A stretch of 64,000 bases of DNA, taken from Escherichia coli. GTDB taxonomy: Bacteria; Pseudomonadota; Gammaproteobacteria; Enterobacterales; Enterobacteriaceae. The DNA lies in assembly GCF_003018255.1 (NCBI RefSeq), contig NZ_CP027440.1, one strand, 5' to 3'. Of the stretch, positions 38,502 to 50,187 are shown in pieces. Positions within the stretch are counted from its first letter, which is position 1. The number at the start of each line of letters is the position of its first letter. The notes under the pieces are model-generated. The model made no database searches. It saw nothing but the letters and a program-made list of their open reading frames with translations, and was not told the origin of the DNA. The translations under genes were made by a program, and so were the position numbers.

Positions 38502-39506
38502 ATGTTGAATACGCTGATTGTGGGTGCCAGCGGCTACGCTGGCGCAGAGCTAGTGACCTATGTAAATCGCCATCCGCATATGAACATAACCGCTTTGACT
38601 GTTTCAGCGCAAAGCAATGATGCGGGAAAGTTAATCTCCGATTTGCATCCGCAGCTAAAAGGCATCGTTGATCTGCCGTTGCAGCCGATGTCGGATATCA
38701 GCGAGTTTAGCCCAGGGGTGGACGTGGTGTTTCTCGCCACCGCCCATGAAGTCAGCCACGATTTAGCGCCGCAATTTCTTGAAGCAGGCTGTGTGGTGTT
38801 CGACCTTTCCGGCGCGTTTCGTGTTAACGATGTCGCCTTCTATGAAAAATATTACGGCTTTACCCATCAATACCCGGAACTGCTGGAACAGGCAGCCTAC
38901 GGTCTGGCGGAGTGGTGCGGTAATAAATTAAAAGAAGCGAACTTGATTGCCGTGCCAGGCTGTTATCCGACGGCAGCACAGCTGGCGCTGAAACCGTTGA
39001 TTGATGCCGATCTTCTTGACCTCAATCAGTGGCCGGTGATCAACGCCACCAGCGGCGTGAGCGGTGCAGGACGTAAGGCAGCGATTTCAAATAGTTTTTG
39101 TGAAGTTAGCCTGCAACCGTATGGCGTCTTTACCCATCGCCATCAACCAGAGATCGCCACACACCTCGGTGCTGACGTTATCTTCACCCCGCATCTGGGC
39201 AATTTCCCGCGCGGCATTCTCGAAACCATTACCTGCCGCCTGAAACCGGGTGTGAGCCAGGTGCAAGTGGCGCAAGCGTTACAGCAGGCGTATGCCCATA
39301 AACCACTGGTGCGGCTGTATGACAAAGGCGTTCCGGCGCTGAAAAATGTCGTTGGACTGCCATTCTGCGATATCGGTTTTGCCGTTCAGGGCGAGCATCT
39401 GATTATTGTGGCGACCGAAGACAACTTACTGAAAGGCGCGGCGGCACAAGCGGTGCAGTGCGCCAATATTCGTTTCGGCTATGCGGAAACGCAGTCTCTT
39501 ATTTAA
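38502..39506 (+). CDS. argC: N-acetyl-gamma-glutamyl-phosphate reductase
   Basis: 334-aa [36 protein letters not shown]... Confidence 0.95.
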
Positions 39507-39513
39507 GGGTGCA

Positions 39514-40290
39514 ATGATGAATCCATTAATTATCAAACTGGGCGGCGTACTGCTGGATAGTGAGGAGGCGCTGGAACGTCTGTTTAGTGCACTGGTGAAT
39601 TATCGTGAGTCACATCAGCGTCCGCTGGTGATTGTCCACGGTGGCGGCTGCGTAGTGGATGAGTTGATGAAAGGGCTGAATCTGCCGGTGAAAAAGAAAA
39701 ATGGCCTGCGGGTGACGCCTGCTGATCAGATTGACATTATCACCGGAGCACTGGCGGGAACGGCAAATAAAACCCTGCTGGCATGGGCGAAGAAACATCA
39801 GATTGCGGCCGTAGGTTTGTTTCTCGGTGACGGCGACAGCGTCAAAGTGACCCAGCTTGATGAAGAGTTAGGCCATGTTGGACTGGCGCAGCCAGGTTCG
39901 CCTAAGCTTATCAACTCATTGCTGGAGAACGGTTATCTGCCGGTGGTCAGCTCCATTGGCGTAACAGACGAAGGGCAACTGATGAACGTCAATGCCGATC
40001 AGGCGGCAACGGCGCTGGCGGCAACGCTGGGCGCGGATCTGATTTTGCTCTCCGACGTCAGTGGCATTCTCGACGGCAAAGGGCAACGTATTGCCGAAAT
40101 GACCGCCGCGAAAGCAGAACAACTGATTGAGCAGGGTATTATTACTGACGGCATGATAGTGAAAGTGAACGCGGCGCTGGATGCTGCGCGCACGTTGGGC
40201 CGTCCGGTAGATATCGCCTCCTGGCGTCATGCGGAACAGCTTCCGGCACTGTTTAACGGTATGCCGATGGGTACGCGGATTTTAGCTTAA
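39514..40290 (+). CDS. argB: Acetylglutamate kinase
   Basis: Track ORF 39481..40290 trimmed to [24 protein letters not shown]... (258 aa). Confidence 0.9.
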
Positions 40291-40350
40291 GTTTTGTTGG
40301 CCGGAGGCGCAGCTTTCCGGCATTGAATTTCAAAATAAGGAAACAGAGTT

Positions 40351-41724
40351 ATGGCACTTTGGGGCGGGCGTTTTACCCAGGCAGCAGATCAACGGTTCAA
40401 ACAATTCAACGACTCACTGCGCTTTGATTACCGTCTGGCGGAGCAGGATATTGTTGGCTCTGTGGCCTGGTCCAAAGCCCTGGTAACGGTCGGCGTGTTA
40501 ACCGCAGAAGAGCAGGCGCAACTGGAAGAGGCGCTGAACGTGCTGCTGGAAGATGTTCGCGCCAGGCCACAACAAATCCTTGAAAGCGACGCCGAAGATA
40601 TCCATAGCTGGGTGGAAAGCAAACTGATCGACAAAGTGGGTCAGTTAGGCAAAAAACTGCATACCGGGCGTAGCCGTAATGATCAGGTAGCAACTGACCT
40701 GAAACTGTGGTGCAAAGATACCGTTAGCGAGTTGCTGACGGCTAACCGGCAGTTACAATCCGCTCTGGTCGAGACCGCGCAGAACAATCAGGACGCGGTG
40801 ATGCCGGGTTACACTCACCTGCAACGCGCCCAGCCGGTGACGTTCGCTCACTGGTGCCTGGCCTACGTTGAGATGCTGGCGCGTGATGAAAGCCGTTTGC
40901 AGGACGCGCTTAAGCGTCTGGATGTCAGCCCGCTAGGCTGTGGCGCACTGGCAGGAACGGCCTATGAAATCGACCGTGAACAGTTAGCAGGCTGGCTGGG
41001 CTTTGCTTCGGCGACCCGTAACAGTCTCGACAGCGTTTCTGACCGTGACCATGTGCTGGAACTGCTTTCTGCTGCCGCTATCGGCATGGTGCATCTGTCG
41101 CGTTTTGCTGAAGATCTGATTTTCTTTAACACCGGCGAAGCGGGGTTTGTGGAGCTTTCTGACCGTGTGACTTCCGGTTCATCATTAATGCCGCAGAAGA
41201 AAAACCCGGATGCGCTGGAGCTGATTCGCGGTAAATGCGGTCGGGTGCAGGGGGCGTTAACCGGCATGATGATGACGCTGAAAGGTTTGCCGCTGGCTTA
41301 CAACAAAGATATGCAGGAAGACAAAGAAGGTCTGTTCGACGCGCTCGATACCTGGCTGGACTGCCTGCATATGGCGGCGCTGGTGCTGGACGGCATTCAG
41401 GTGAAACGTCCGCGTTGCCAGGAAGCGGCGCAGCAGGGTTACGCCAACGCTACTGAACTGGCGGATTATCTGGTGGCGAAAGGCGTACCGTTCCGCGAGG
41501 CGCACCATATTGTGGGTGAAGCTGTGGTGGAAGCCATTCGTCAGGGCAAAGCGTTGGAAGATCTGCCGCTCAGTGAGTTGCAGAAATTCAGCCAGGTGAT
41601 TGGCGAAGATGTCTATCCGATTCTGTCGCTGCAATCGTGCCTCGACAAGCGTGCTGCAAAAGGCGGCGTCTCACCGCAGCAGGTGGCGCAGGCGATTGCT
41701 TTTGCGCAAGCTCGGTTAGAGTAG
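40351..41724 (+). CDS. argH: Argininosuccinate lyase
   Basis: 457-aa [37 protein letters not shown]... Confidence 0.95.
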   Translation: MALWGGRFTQAADQRFKQFNDSLRFDYRLAEQDIVGSVAWSKALVTVGVLTAEEQAQLEEALNVLLEDVRARPQQILESDAEDIHSWVESKLIDKVGQLGKKLHTGRSRNDQVATDLKLWCKDTVSELLTANRQLQSALVETAQNNQDAVMPGYTHLQRAQPVTFAHWCLAYVEMLARDESRLQDALKRLDVSPLGCGALAGTAYEIDREQLAGWLGFASATRNSLDSVSDRDHVLELLSAAAIGMVHLSRFAEDLIFFNTGEAGFVELSDRVTSGSSLMPQKKNPDALELIRGKCGRVQGALTGMMMTLKGLPLAYNKDMQEDKEGLFDALDTWLDCLHMAALVLDGIQVKRPRCQEAAQQGYANATELADYLVAKGVPFREAHHIVGEAVVEAIRQGKALEDLPLSELQKFSQVIGEDVYPILSLQSCLDKRAAKGGVSPQQVAQAIAFAQARLE

Positions 41725-41764
41725 TTTGTTTATATTGCTCCCCTGAAAATGGGGAGCTTACCAC

Positions 41765-41818
41765 GCCTACAAAGTGCGACACTTCGTAGGCGGATAAGGC
41801 GTTTACGCCGCATCAGGC
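41765..41818. repeat. REP element downstream of argH
   Basis: gcctacaaagtgcgacacttcgtaggcggataaggcgtttacgccgcatcaggc; preceded by hairpin gctcccctgaaaatggggagc (41737-41757). Confidence 0.55.
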
Positions 41819-42221
41819 AGAAATTTGTCAGTATTCTGGTGACCTTAAATTTAACGCCCAACCAGAACCATTATTTGTCACATTCCTTTTTATTCTTGCG
41901 TCTTCTTTACCTTCACTCTCCCCATAAAAATTATATTTTCAATACATCAGCCAATACATACTTTAATTAATTGAATATAATTCATTTCTATTGCTGTGTT
42001 CATTTTTAATGATTAATGGAGTTTGTTATGTGATTATTTAACGTGTTGTTTTAACGATGATAGCTAATTATTCAGGTGGTTTTTGAGGGTGTTTTTTCTC
42101 CTCGGTAGAAATTTTTATTTTTAATGTGATCATGGTTGAATAATCGCTCTTTCTCTCTTGTATGGTAGTAGGCGCAAAATTAAGTTTGAAACGTCTATTT
42201 ACAACACAGGAGATTGCAATA

Positions 42222-43436
42222 ATGAAAATTATTGCTGCAGATGTTTTTGTTACTTGCCCAGGGCGTAATTTCGTTACGCTTAAAATAACCACTGCAAGCG
42301 GACTTTGTGGATTAGGAGATGCCACGTTAAATGGTCGCGAATTGTCGGTCGCTTCTTATCTGAAAGATCATCTTTGTCCACAACTAATTGGCCGCGATGC
42401 CAGCCGTATCGAAGATATCTGGCAATTCTTTTATAAAGGTGCTTACTGGCGACGTGGCCCCGTCACGATGTCAGCCATTTCTGCCATTGATATGGCGTTG
42501 TGGGATATCAAAGCAAAAGCGGCAAATATGCCATTGTATCAACTGCTTGGTGGTGCTTCTCGTGAAGGCGTTATGGTTTATTGCCACACCACCGGGCGTA
42601 CGATTGATGAAGTCCTTGAAGACTATGCAAAGCACCAGCAGATGGGCTTTAAGGCGATTCGTGTGCAGTGTGGTGTACCGGGTATGCAAACCACCTATGG
42701 TCTGGCGAAGGGCAAAGGACTGGCGTATGAACCAGCAACCAAAGGCCTGTGGCCAGAAGAGCAGTTGTGGTCTTCAGAAAAGTATCTCGATTTTACGCCG
42801 AAGTTATTTGAAGCGGTGCGTAATAAGTTCGGTTTTAACGAACATCTGTTGCATGACATGCACCATCGCCTGACCCCCATCGAAGCGGCGCGCTTTGGGA
42901 AGAGCATTGAAGATTACCGCCTGTTCTGGATGGAAGATCCGACGCCTGCCGAGAATCAGGAATGTTTTCGTCTGATTCGTCAGCATACCGTGACGCCGAT
43001 TGCGGTCGGTGAAGTGTTTAACAGTATCTGGGACTGCAAGCAGTTAATCGAAGAGCAGCTGATTGACTATATTCGCACGACGATTACCCATGCAGGCGGC
43101 ATTACCGGGATGCGACGGATTGCCGATTTTGCATCGCTTTATCAGGTACGTACCGGTTCGCATGGCCCTTCAGATTTATCGCCTGTTTGCCATGCGGCGG
43201 CGCTGCATTTTGACCTCTGGGTGCCAAACTTTGGCGTTCAGGAGTACATGGGCTATTCCGAACAAATGCTTGAAGTCTTCCCGCATAGCTGGCGCTTCGA
43301 TGAAGGTTATATGCACCCAGGCGATGAACCGGGGCTGGGTATTTCTTTCGATGAGAAACTGGCGGCGAAATATCCGTATGACCCGGCGTATCTCCCCGTC
43401 GCACGACTGGAAGATGGCACATTGTGGAACTGGTAA
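42222..43436 (+). CDS. Enolase-superfamily D-mannonate dehydratase-like protein (RspA/ManD paralog)
   Basis: Track ORF 42162..43436 trimmed to ATG 42222 after AGGAGA SD ([24 protein letters not shown]..., 404 aa); motifs [15 protein letters not shown] and FWMEDP; near-colinear with recalled K-12 RspA. Confidence 0.85.
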   Translation: MKIIAADVFVTCPGRNFVTLKITTASGLCGLGDATLNGRELSVASYLKDHLCPQLIGRDASRIEDIWQFFYKGAYWRRGPVTMSAISAIDMALWDIKAKAANMPLYQLLGGASREGVMVYCHTTGRTIDEVLEDYAKHQQMGFKAIRVQCGVPGMQTTYGLAKGKGLAYEPATKGLWPEEQLWSSEKYLDFTPKLFEAVRNKFGFNEHLLHDMHHRLTPIEAARFGKSIEDYRLFWMEDPTPAENQECFRLIRQHTVTPIAVGEVFNSIWDCKQLIEEQLIDYIRTTITHAGGITGMRRIADFASLYQVRTGSHGPSDLSPVCHAAALHFDLWVPNFGVQEYMGYSEQMLEVFPHSWRFDEGYMHPGDEPGLGISFDEKLAAKYPYDPAYLPVARLEDGTLWNW

Positions 43437-43502
43437 TAGCGGTTCGCTTAATTATTTTCTGAATATTCATCAAATCGATTAATTCCGCTCAAGGAGCTAA
43501 AA

Positions 43503-44786
43503 ATGGACGTTGATGTGTCAACCAGTGTTGCGGGTAATAAACCGCAACGGATTCGTCGTATTCAGACAGTGACCCTGGTTTTATTATTTATGGCGGGGAT
43601 CGTTAATTTTCTCGACCGTTCGTCATTGAGCGTGGCAGGTGAAGCAATTCGTGGCGAGTTAGGATTATCCGCTACCGAGTTTGGTGTTTTGCTTTCTGCA
43701 TTTTCTCTGTCTTATGGTTTTTCACAACTTCCTTCCGGTATTTTGCTAGACCGCTTTGGCCCACGAATAGTGTTAGGCGCAGGCTTAATATTCTGGTCAT
43801 TAATGCAGGCATTAACAGGAATGGTTAATTCTTTTAGCCACTTTATTTTAATGCGTATCGGTCTGGGTATTGGCGAAGCGCCATTTATGCCTGCGGGAGT
43901 AAAGTCGATCACCGACTGGTATGCGCAAAAAGAACGCGGCACGGCGCTGGGGATTTTTAACTCATCTACCGTTATCGGTCAGGCTATCGCGCCTCCTGCT
44001 CTTGTATTGATGCAACTGGCATGGGGCTGGCGGACGATGTTTGTCATCATCGGCGTAGCAGGGATTCTGGTTGGGATCTGTTGGTACGCGTGGTATCGCA
44101 ACCGGGCGCAGTTTGTCCTGACCGAGGAAGAACGGACATATCTCTCCGCGCCGGTTAAACCGCGTCCACAGTTACAATTTAGCGAGTGGCTGGCGCTGTT
44201 TAAGCATCGGACAACCTGGGGGATGATTTTAGGTTTCTCTGGCGTCAATTATACCGGTTGGCTCTACATCGCGTGGTTACCCGGTTATTTGCAGGCCGAA
44301 CAAGGTTTCAGTCTGGCGAAAACCGGTTGGGTGGCGGCAATTCCTTTCCTCGCGGCGGCGGTCGGGATGTGGGTTAACGGTATTGTTGTCGATCGGCTGG
44401 CGAAAAAAGGCTATGACCTGGCGAAGACGCGTAAAACGGCGATTGTCTGCGGTTTGATGATGTCGGCATTAGGCACGTTGCTGGTCGTGCAATCTTCCTC
44501 GCCAGCCCAGGCGGTAGCGTTTATCTCAATGGCGCTGTTCTGCGTGCATTTCGCGGGAACATCTGCATGGGGGCTGGTGCAGGTGATGGTGTCAGAAACA
44601 AAAGTGGCTTCCATCGCCGGGATTCAAAACTTTGGCAGTTTTGTTTTTGCTTCCTTTGCTCCGATCGTAACCGGTTGGGTCGTGGATACCACACACTCGT
44701 TTAATCTGGCGCTGGTTATCGCGGCCTGTGTGACGTTCACCGGGGCGCTGTGTTACTTCTTTATTGTCAAAGATCGGATTGAGTAA
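43503..44786 (+). CDS. MFS transporter, anion:cation symporter (ACS) type, probable hexuronate/aldonate permease
   Basis: 427-aa ORF after AAGGAG SD; 12-TM profile; resembles ExuT/GudP/DgoT-type acid-sugar permeases. Confidence 0.8.
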   Translation: MDVDVSTSVAGNKPQRIRRIQTVTLVLLFMAGIVNFLDRSSLSVAGEAIRGELGLSATEFGVLLSAFSLSYGFSQLPSGILLDRFGPRIVLGAGLIFWSLMQALTGMVNSFSHFILMRIGLGIGEAPFMPAGVKSITDWYAQKERGTALGIFNSSTVIGQAIAPPALVLMQLAWGWRTMFVIIGVAGILVGICWYAWYRNRAQFVLTEEERTYLSAPVKPRPQLQFSEWLALFKHRTTWGMILGFSGVNYTGWLYIAWLPGYLQAEQGFSLAKTGWVAAIPFLAAAVGMWVNGIVVDRLAKKGYDLAKTRKTAIVCGLMMSALGTLLVVQSSSPAQAVAFISMALFCVHFAGTSAWGLVQVMVSETKVASIAGIQNFGSFVFASFAPIVTGWVVDTTHSFNLALVIAACVTFTGALCYFFIVKDRIE

Positions 44787-44825
44787 CCGTTACTATCAGG
44801 CTCTCTTGCTGTGGGCCTGTAGAAT

Positions 44826-44942
44826 AAAAAAAAGCGGATCCTGGAGATCCGCAAAAGTTCACGTTGGCTTTAGTTATTCGAGTTGAGAAACTCTCGAAAC
44901 GGGCAGTGACTTCAAGGGTTAAAAGAGGTGCCGCTCCGTTTC
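44826..44942 (-). ncRNA. oxyS: OxyS small regulatory RNA
   Basis: Reverse complement reads GAAACGGAGCGGCACCTCTTTTAACCCTTGAAGTCA...GCGGATCTCCAGGATCCGCTTTTTTTT, matching recalled OxyS with its 3' terminator hairpin; divergent from oxyR. Confidence 0.85.
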
Positions 44943-45037
44943 TGTGAGCAATTATCAGTCAGAATGCTTGATAGGGATAATCGTTCGTTGCTATGCTACC
45001 TATCGCCGCGAACTATCGTGGCAATGGAGGATGGATA
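44943..45037. promoter_or_regulatory. oxyS/oxyR divergent promoter region with OxyR binding site
   Basis: Intergenic between oxyS 5' end and oxyR start; position inferred from the known architecture, motifs not individually verified. Confidence 0.5.
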
Positions 45038-45955
45038 ATGAATATTCGTGATCTTGAGTACCTGGTGGCATTGGCCGAACACCGCCATTTTCGGCGTGCG
45101 GCAGATTCCTGCCACGTTAGCCAGCCGACGCTTAGCGGGCAAATTCGTAAGCTGGAAGATGAGTTGGGTGTGATGTTGCTGGAGCGGACCAGCCGTAAAG
45201 TGTTATTCACCCAGGCGGGAATGCTGCTGGTGGATCAGGCGCGTACCGTGCTGCGTGAGGTGAAAGTCCTTAAAGAGATGGCAAGCCAGCAGGGCGAGAC
45301 GATGTCCGGACCGCTGCATATTGGTCTGATTCCCACGGTTGGACCGTACCTGCTACCGCATATTATCCCGATGCTGCACCAGACCTTTCCAAAGCTGGAA
45401 ATGTATCTGCATGAAGCACAGACCCACCAGTTACTGGCGCAACTGGACAGCGGCAAACTCGATTGCGTGATCCTCGCGCTGGTGAAAGAGAGCGAAGCAT
45501 TCATTGAAGTGCCGTTGTTTGATGAGCCAATGTTGCTGGCTATCTATGAAGACCATCCGTGGGCGAACCGCGAATGCGTACCGATGGCCGATCTGGCAGG
45601 GGAAAAACTGCTGATGCTGGAAGATGGTCACTGTTTGCGCGATCAGGCAATGGGTTTCTGTTTTGAAGCCGGGGCGGATGAAGATACACACTTCCGCGCG
45701 ACCAGCCTGGAAACTCTGCGCAACATGGTGGCGGCAGGTAGCGGGATCACTTTACTGCCTGCGCTGGCTGTGCCGCCGGAACGCAAACGTGATGGGGTTG
45801 TTTATCTGCCATGCATTAAGCCGGAACCACGCCGCACTATTGGCCTGGTTTATCGTCCTGGCTCACCACTGCGCAGCCGCTATGAGCAGCTGGCAGAGGC
45901 CATCCGCGCAAGAATGGATGGCCATTTCGATAAAGTGTTAAAACAGGCGGTTTAA
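45038..45955 (+). CDS. oxyR: LysR-family oxidative-stress regulator OxyR
   Basis: Track ORF 44993..45955 trimmed to [40 protein letters not shown]... (305 aa). Confidence 0.95.
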   Translation: MNIRDLEYLVALAEHRHFRRAADSCHVSQPTLSGQIRKLEDELGVMLLERTSRKVLFTQAGMLLVDQARTVLREVKVLKEMASQQGETMSGPLHIGLIPTVGPYLLPHIIPMLHQTFPKLEMYLHEAQTHQLLAQLDSGKLDCVILALVKESEAFIEVPLFDEPMLLAIYEDHPWANRECVPMADLAGEKLLMLEDGHCLRDQAMGFCFEAGADEDTHFRATSLETLRNMVAAGSGITLLPALAVPPERKRDGVVYLPCIKPEPRRTIGLVYRPGSPLRSRYEQLAEAIRARMDGHFDKVLKQAV

Positions 45956-47338
45956 GCCATTTAGCGCAGCTACCCGATAGGCTTCCGCCATCGTCGGGTA
46001 GTTAAAGGTGGTGTTGACGAAGTACTCAATAGTGTTGCCGCCACCTTTCTGTTCCATAATCGCCTGACCGATATGAATAATTTCGGCAGCGCGCTCGCCA
46101 AAGCAGTGAATACCCAGAATCTCTTTTGTTTCCCGATGGAACAAAATTTTCAGCGTGCCCACGTTCATGCCGACGATTTGTGCACGTGCCAGATGTTTAA
46201 ACTGGGCGCGGCCCACTTCATATGGCACTTTCATCGCGGTCAGCTGCTGTTCGGTTTTGCCCACAGAGCTGATTTCCGGGATGGTGTAAATACCGGTAGG
46301 GATATCTTCAATCAGATGTGCGGTGGCTTCACCTTTCACCAGCGCCTGCGCGGCAATGCGCCCCTGGTCATAGGCCGCCGACGCCAGGCTCGGATAACCA
46401 ATCACGTCGCCCACCGCGTAAACGTGCGGCTGTGCGGTCTGATACATGCTGTTGACCTTCAGCTGTCCGCGGCTGTCAGTTTCCAGCCCAATGTTCTGTA
46501 ACGCCAGCGAATCGGTATTACCGGTGCGACCGTTGGCATAGAGCAGGCAGTCAGCTTTCAGTTTTTTACCCGACTTCAAATGCATGATCACACCGTCGTC
46601 ACAGCCTTCGATCTTCTCGTACTCTTCGTTGTGACGAATCACTACGCCACTGTTCCAGAAGTGATAGGAGAGAGAATCTGACATCTCTTGATCGAGAAAT
46701 GCCAGCAGGCGATCGCGGGTGTTGATCAGATCCACTTTTACATCCATACCGCGGAAGATCGACGCATATTCACAGCCGATCACTCCAGCACCATAGATAA
46801 GTACATGGCGCGGTTCGTGGTGCATGCTAAGAATTGAGTCGCTGTCGTAAATGCGTGGATGCGTGAAATCAACATCTGTTGGATGATATGGACGAGAGCC
46901 GCAAGCAATAACAAATTTTTCAGCGGTTAGTGTCTCGACGCTGCCGTCCGGGCAATCCAGCGCCAGCGTGTGCTCGTCAACAAAGCGAGCGTTCCCCTGC
47001 AATATTTCACAGTGATTACGTTCGTAAAATCCCTGACGCATGCGCGTTTGTTGATTAATCACGTTATCGGCATGGTTAAGGATATCGGCAAAAGAAGAGC
47101 GGAGCAGTCGCGAATGGTCGCTGTAAAGTGGGTTTTGATTAAATTCTATAATGCGGCTGACGGCGTGACGGAGAGCTTTCGACGGGATGGTGCCCCAGTG
47201 GGTGCAACCGCCGCCAACATTTTGATAACGCTCGATAACTGCGACGCGCGCACCTTGCTTAACCAGGCCCATTGCAGCGCCTTCGCCGCCGGGGCCGGAA
47301 CCTATTACTATGGCATCGTAATCGTAGGAATGTGGCAT
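45938..47338 (-). CDS. sthA: Soluble pyridine nucleotide transhydrogenase
   Basis: 466-aa [27 protein letters not shown]... (FAD/NAD Rossmann motifs); 3' end overlaps oxyR convergently by 18 nt. Confidence 0.95.
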
Positions 47339-47672
47339 GGTAGGGCTTACCTGTTCTTATACATAAAAGCAACAGAATGGTAACATTTTATCGCGGGTAA
47401 GCCAATTGATCCCCGTCATTTATCTGGCTATATCGTGAGCGGCCTTTGCTTTGTCTGTTTCTTACTTTTGACCTGAACGTTTTATTGGATTTTTATCGAC
47501 GATACTCTCCGTTTAAGCGGCAGGTTTCCGTTGTACGTAAAAGAACCGGCCAAAGAATTGCAGTAAATATGTTTTATTGCGTTACCGTTCATTCACAATA
47601 CTGGAGCAATCCAGTATGTTCATTCTCTGGTATAGTGCCAGCAGTACTTTTGGCAAGGATTCAGACATCGTG

Positions 47673-48320
47673 ATGGGCGTAAGAGCGCAACAAAAAGAAA
47701 AAACCCGCCGTTCGCTGGTGGAAGCCGCATTTAGCCAATTAAGTGCTGAACGCAGCTTCGCCAGCCTGAGTTTGCGTGAAGTGGCGCGTGAAGCGGGCAT
47801 TGCTCCCACCTCTTTTTATCGGCATTTCCGCGACGTAGACGAACTGGGTCTGACCATGGTTGATGAGAGCGGTTTAATGCTACGCCAACTCATGCGTCAG
47901 GCGCGTCAGCGTATCGCCAAAGGCGGGAGTGTGATCCGCACCTCGGTCTCCACATTTATGGAGTTCATCGGTAATAATCCTAACGCCTTCCGGTTATTAT
48001 TGCGGGAACGCTCCGGCACCTCCGCTGCGTTTCGTGCCGCCGTTGCGCGTGAAATTCAGCACTTCATTGCGGAACTTGCGGACTATCTGGAACTCGAAAA
48101 CCATATGCCGCGTGCGTTTACTGAAGCGCAAGCCGAAGCAATGGTGACGATTGTCTTCAGTGCGGGGGCCGAGGCGTTGGATGTCGGCGTCGAACAACGT
48201 CGGCAATTAGAAGAGCGACTGGTACTGCAACTGCGAATGATTTCTAAAGGGGCTTATTACTGGTATCGCCGTGAACAAGAGAAAACCGCAATTATTCCGG
48301 GAAATGTGAAGGACGAGTAA
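47673..48320 (+). CDS. fabR: TetR-family repressor of unsaturated fatty-acid synthesis
   Basis: Track ORF 47577..48320; start placed at [20 protein letters not shown] (215 aa); an upstream in-frame ATG at 47616 is an alternative. Confidence 0.8.
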
Positions 48321-48679
48321 TGAAACAAGCAAATCAAGATAGAGGTACGCTGCTGCTGGCGTTGGTTGCTGGCTTATCGATTAATGGTACTTTCGCAGCG
48401 CTGTTTAGCTCCATTGTGCCATTTTCTGTATTCCCGATTATTTCCCTGTTGCTGACGGTTTACTGCCTGCATCAACGTTATCTTAATCGCACCATGCCGG
48501 TAGGCTTGCCGGGTCTGGCAGCTGCCTGTTTTATTCTCGGCGTACTGCTGTACAGCACGGTAGTTCGTGCGGAATATCCGGATATCGGCTCTAACTTCTT
48601 CCCGGCAGTACTCTCCGTCATTATGGTGTTCTGGATTGGCGCGAAGATGCGTAACCGTAAGCAGGAAGTTGCTGAGTAA
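48320..48679 (+). CDS. yijD: Small inner-membrane protein YijD
   Basis: 119-aa hydrophobic ORF; start overlaps the fabR stop (TAATG). Confidence 0.8.
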   Translation: MKQANQDRGTLLLALVAGLSINGTFAALFSSIVPFSVFPIISLLLTVYCLHQRYLNRTMPVGLPGLAAACFILGVLLYSTVVRAEYPDIGSNFFPAVLSVIMVFWIGAKMRNRKQEVAE

Positions 48680-48718
48680 TCGGTATCATGCCGGATGCTG
48701 GTGCATCCGGCATGGGTT

Positions 48719-49819
48719 TTACTTCGCGGTCAGTAATACGCCGCACTCCATATGGTGCGTGTAGGGGAACTGATCAAACAGAGCCAGACGTTCGACCTTG
48801 TGCGTCTGGCTTAATGTTTCCAGATTCTTGCATAACGTTTCCGGATTGCAGGAGATATACAGAATACGTGGATACGCCTGCACCATTTTCTCGGTTTCAC
48901 TGTCCAGACCGCTGCGCGGTGGGTCGACAAAAATGGTTTCGCACTGATAACTCTTTAAGTCGATTCCTTGCAGGCGGTTAAACTCGCGTACGCCATTCAT
49001 CGCCTGAGTAAATTCTTCTGCCGCCATACGAATAATTTGTACGTTATCAATATGGTTAGCGGCAATGTTGTATTGCGCGGCAGCGACCGACGGCTTAGCG
49101 ATTTCGGTGGCTAATACCCGATCAAAATTGCGCGCCAGTGCTAATGAAAAGTTACCGTTGCCGCAGTACAGCTCCAGCAAATCGCCTTTTGAGCCTTTGG
49201 TTACGTCCAGCGCCCATTCCAGCATCTGAATATTCATCGCCGCGTTCGGCTGGGTAAAGCTGTTTTCTACCTGACGGTAGATCATCTCTTTCCCTGCGAC
49301 CGGCAGACGTTCATCGATGTAATCCTGGTCCAGCTCGATTTTGGTTTTCGTTGCCCGACCAATCAGATGCACATTCAGATTCTGCGCTCGCAGTGCATCG
49401 CGCAGGGCTTCCGCTTCCTGACGCCACTCATCATCCAGCTTCTTATGGTACAGCAGGGAAACCACCGCCTGATTACTCAGCGTGGTGAGGTAATCAATCT
49501 GGAACAACTTGTGGCGCAGAACGGGATTATTACGCACACCCGCAATCATCGCCGTCATCAACTGGTTGATAAGTTCACTGGCGGCGGGGAAGCTATCCAC
49601 GCGGATGCGGCTTTTGGTTTGTTGATCGAAAATGATGTGATACAGGTCATCGCCATCGTGCCAGATGCGGAACTCCGCACGCATCCGGTAATGACTGACC
49701 GGCGAGCGAAACACTTCCGGAACCAGGTCAGAAAACGGTGCCATCATACTTTGCAAACGTACCACTTTTTCGGCTAACTGCGCTTCATACTGTTCTGTTG
49801 GAAGGTGTTCGGGGGTCAT
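48719..49819 (-). CDS. trmA: tRNA (uracil54-C5)-methyltransferase
   Basis: 366-aa [32 protein letters not shown]... Confidence 0.9.
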
Positions 49820-49949
49820 GATGTATCCTGAAAAATTAAAGTACGCGGCGATTGTAGGGATTGCTCATCAGATGTCCAGATCTTGATGAATTCCTATTTG
49901 TGAGCTACGTCTGGACAGTAACTTGTTACAACCTGTAGCATCCACTTGC

Positions 49950-50160
49950 CGGTCCTGTGAGTTAATAGGGAATCCAGTGCGAATCTGGAGCTGACGCGCA
50001 GCGGTAAGGAAAGGTGCGATGATTGCGTTATGCGGACACTGCCATCCGGTGGGAAGTCATCATCTCTTAGTATCTTAGATACCCCTCCAAGCCCGAAGAC
50101 CTGCCGGCTAACGTCGCATCTGGTTCTCATCATCGCGTAATATTGATGAAACCTGCGGCA
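49950..50160 (+). ncRNA. Cobalamin (AdoCbl) riboswitch in the btuB 5' leader
   Basis: Long untranslated leader containing a B12-box-like element (ccaagcccgaagacctgccgg, ~50088-50107); boundaries approximate. Confidence 0.7.
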
Positions 50161-50187
50161 TCCTTCTTCTATTGTGGATGCTTTACA

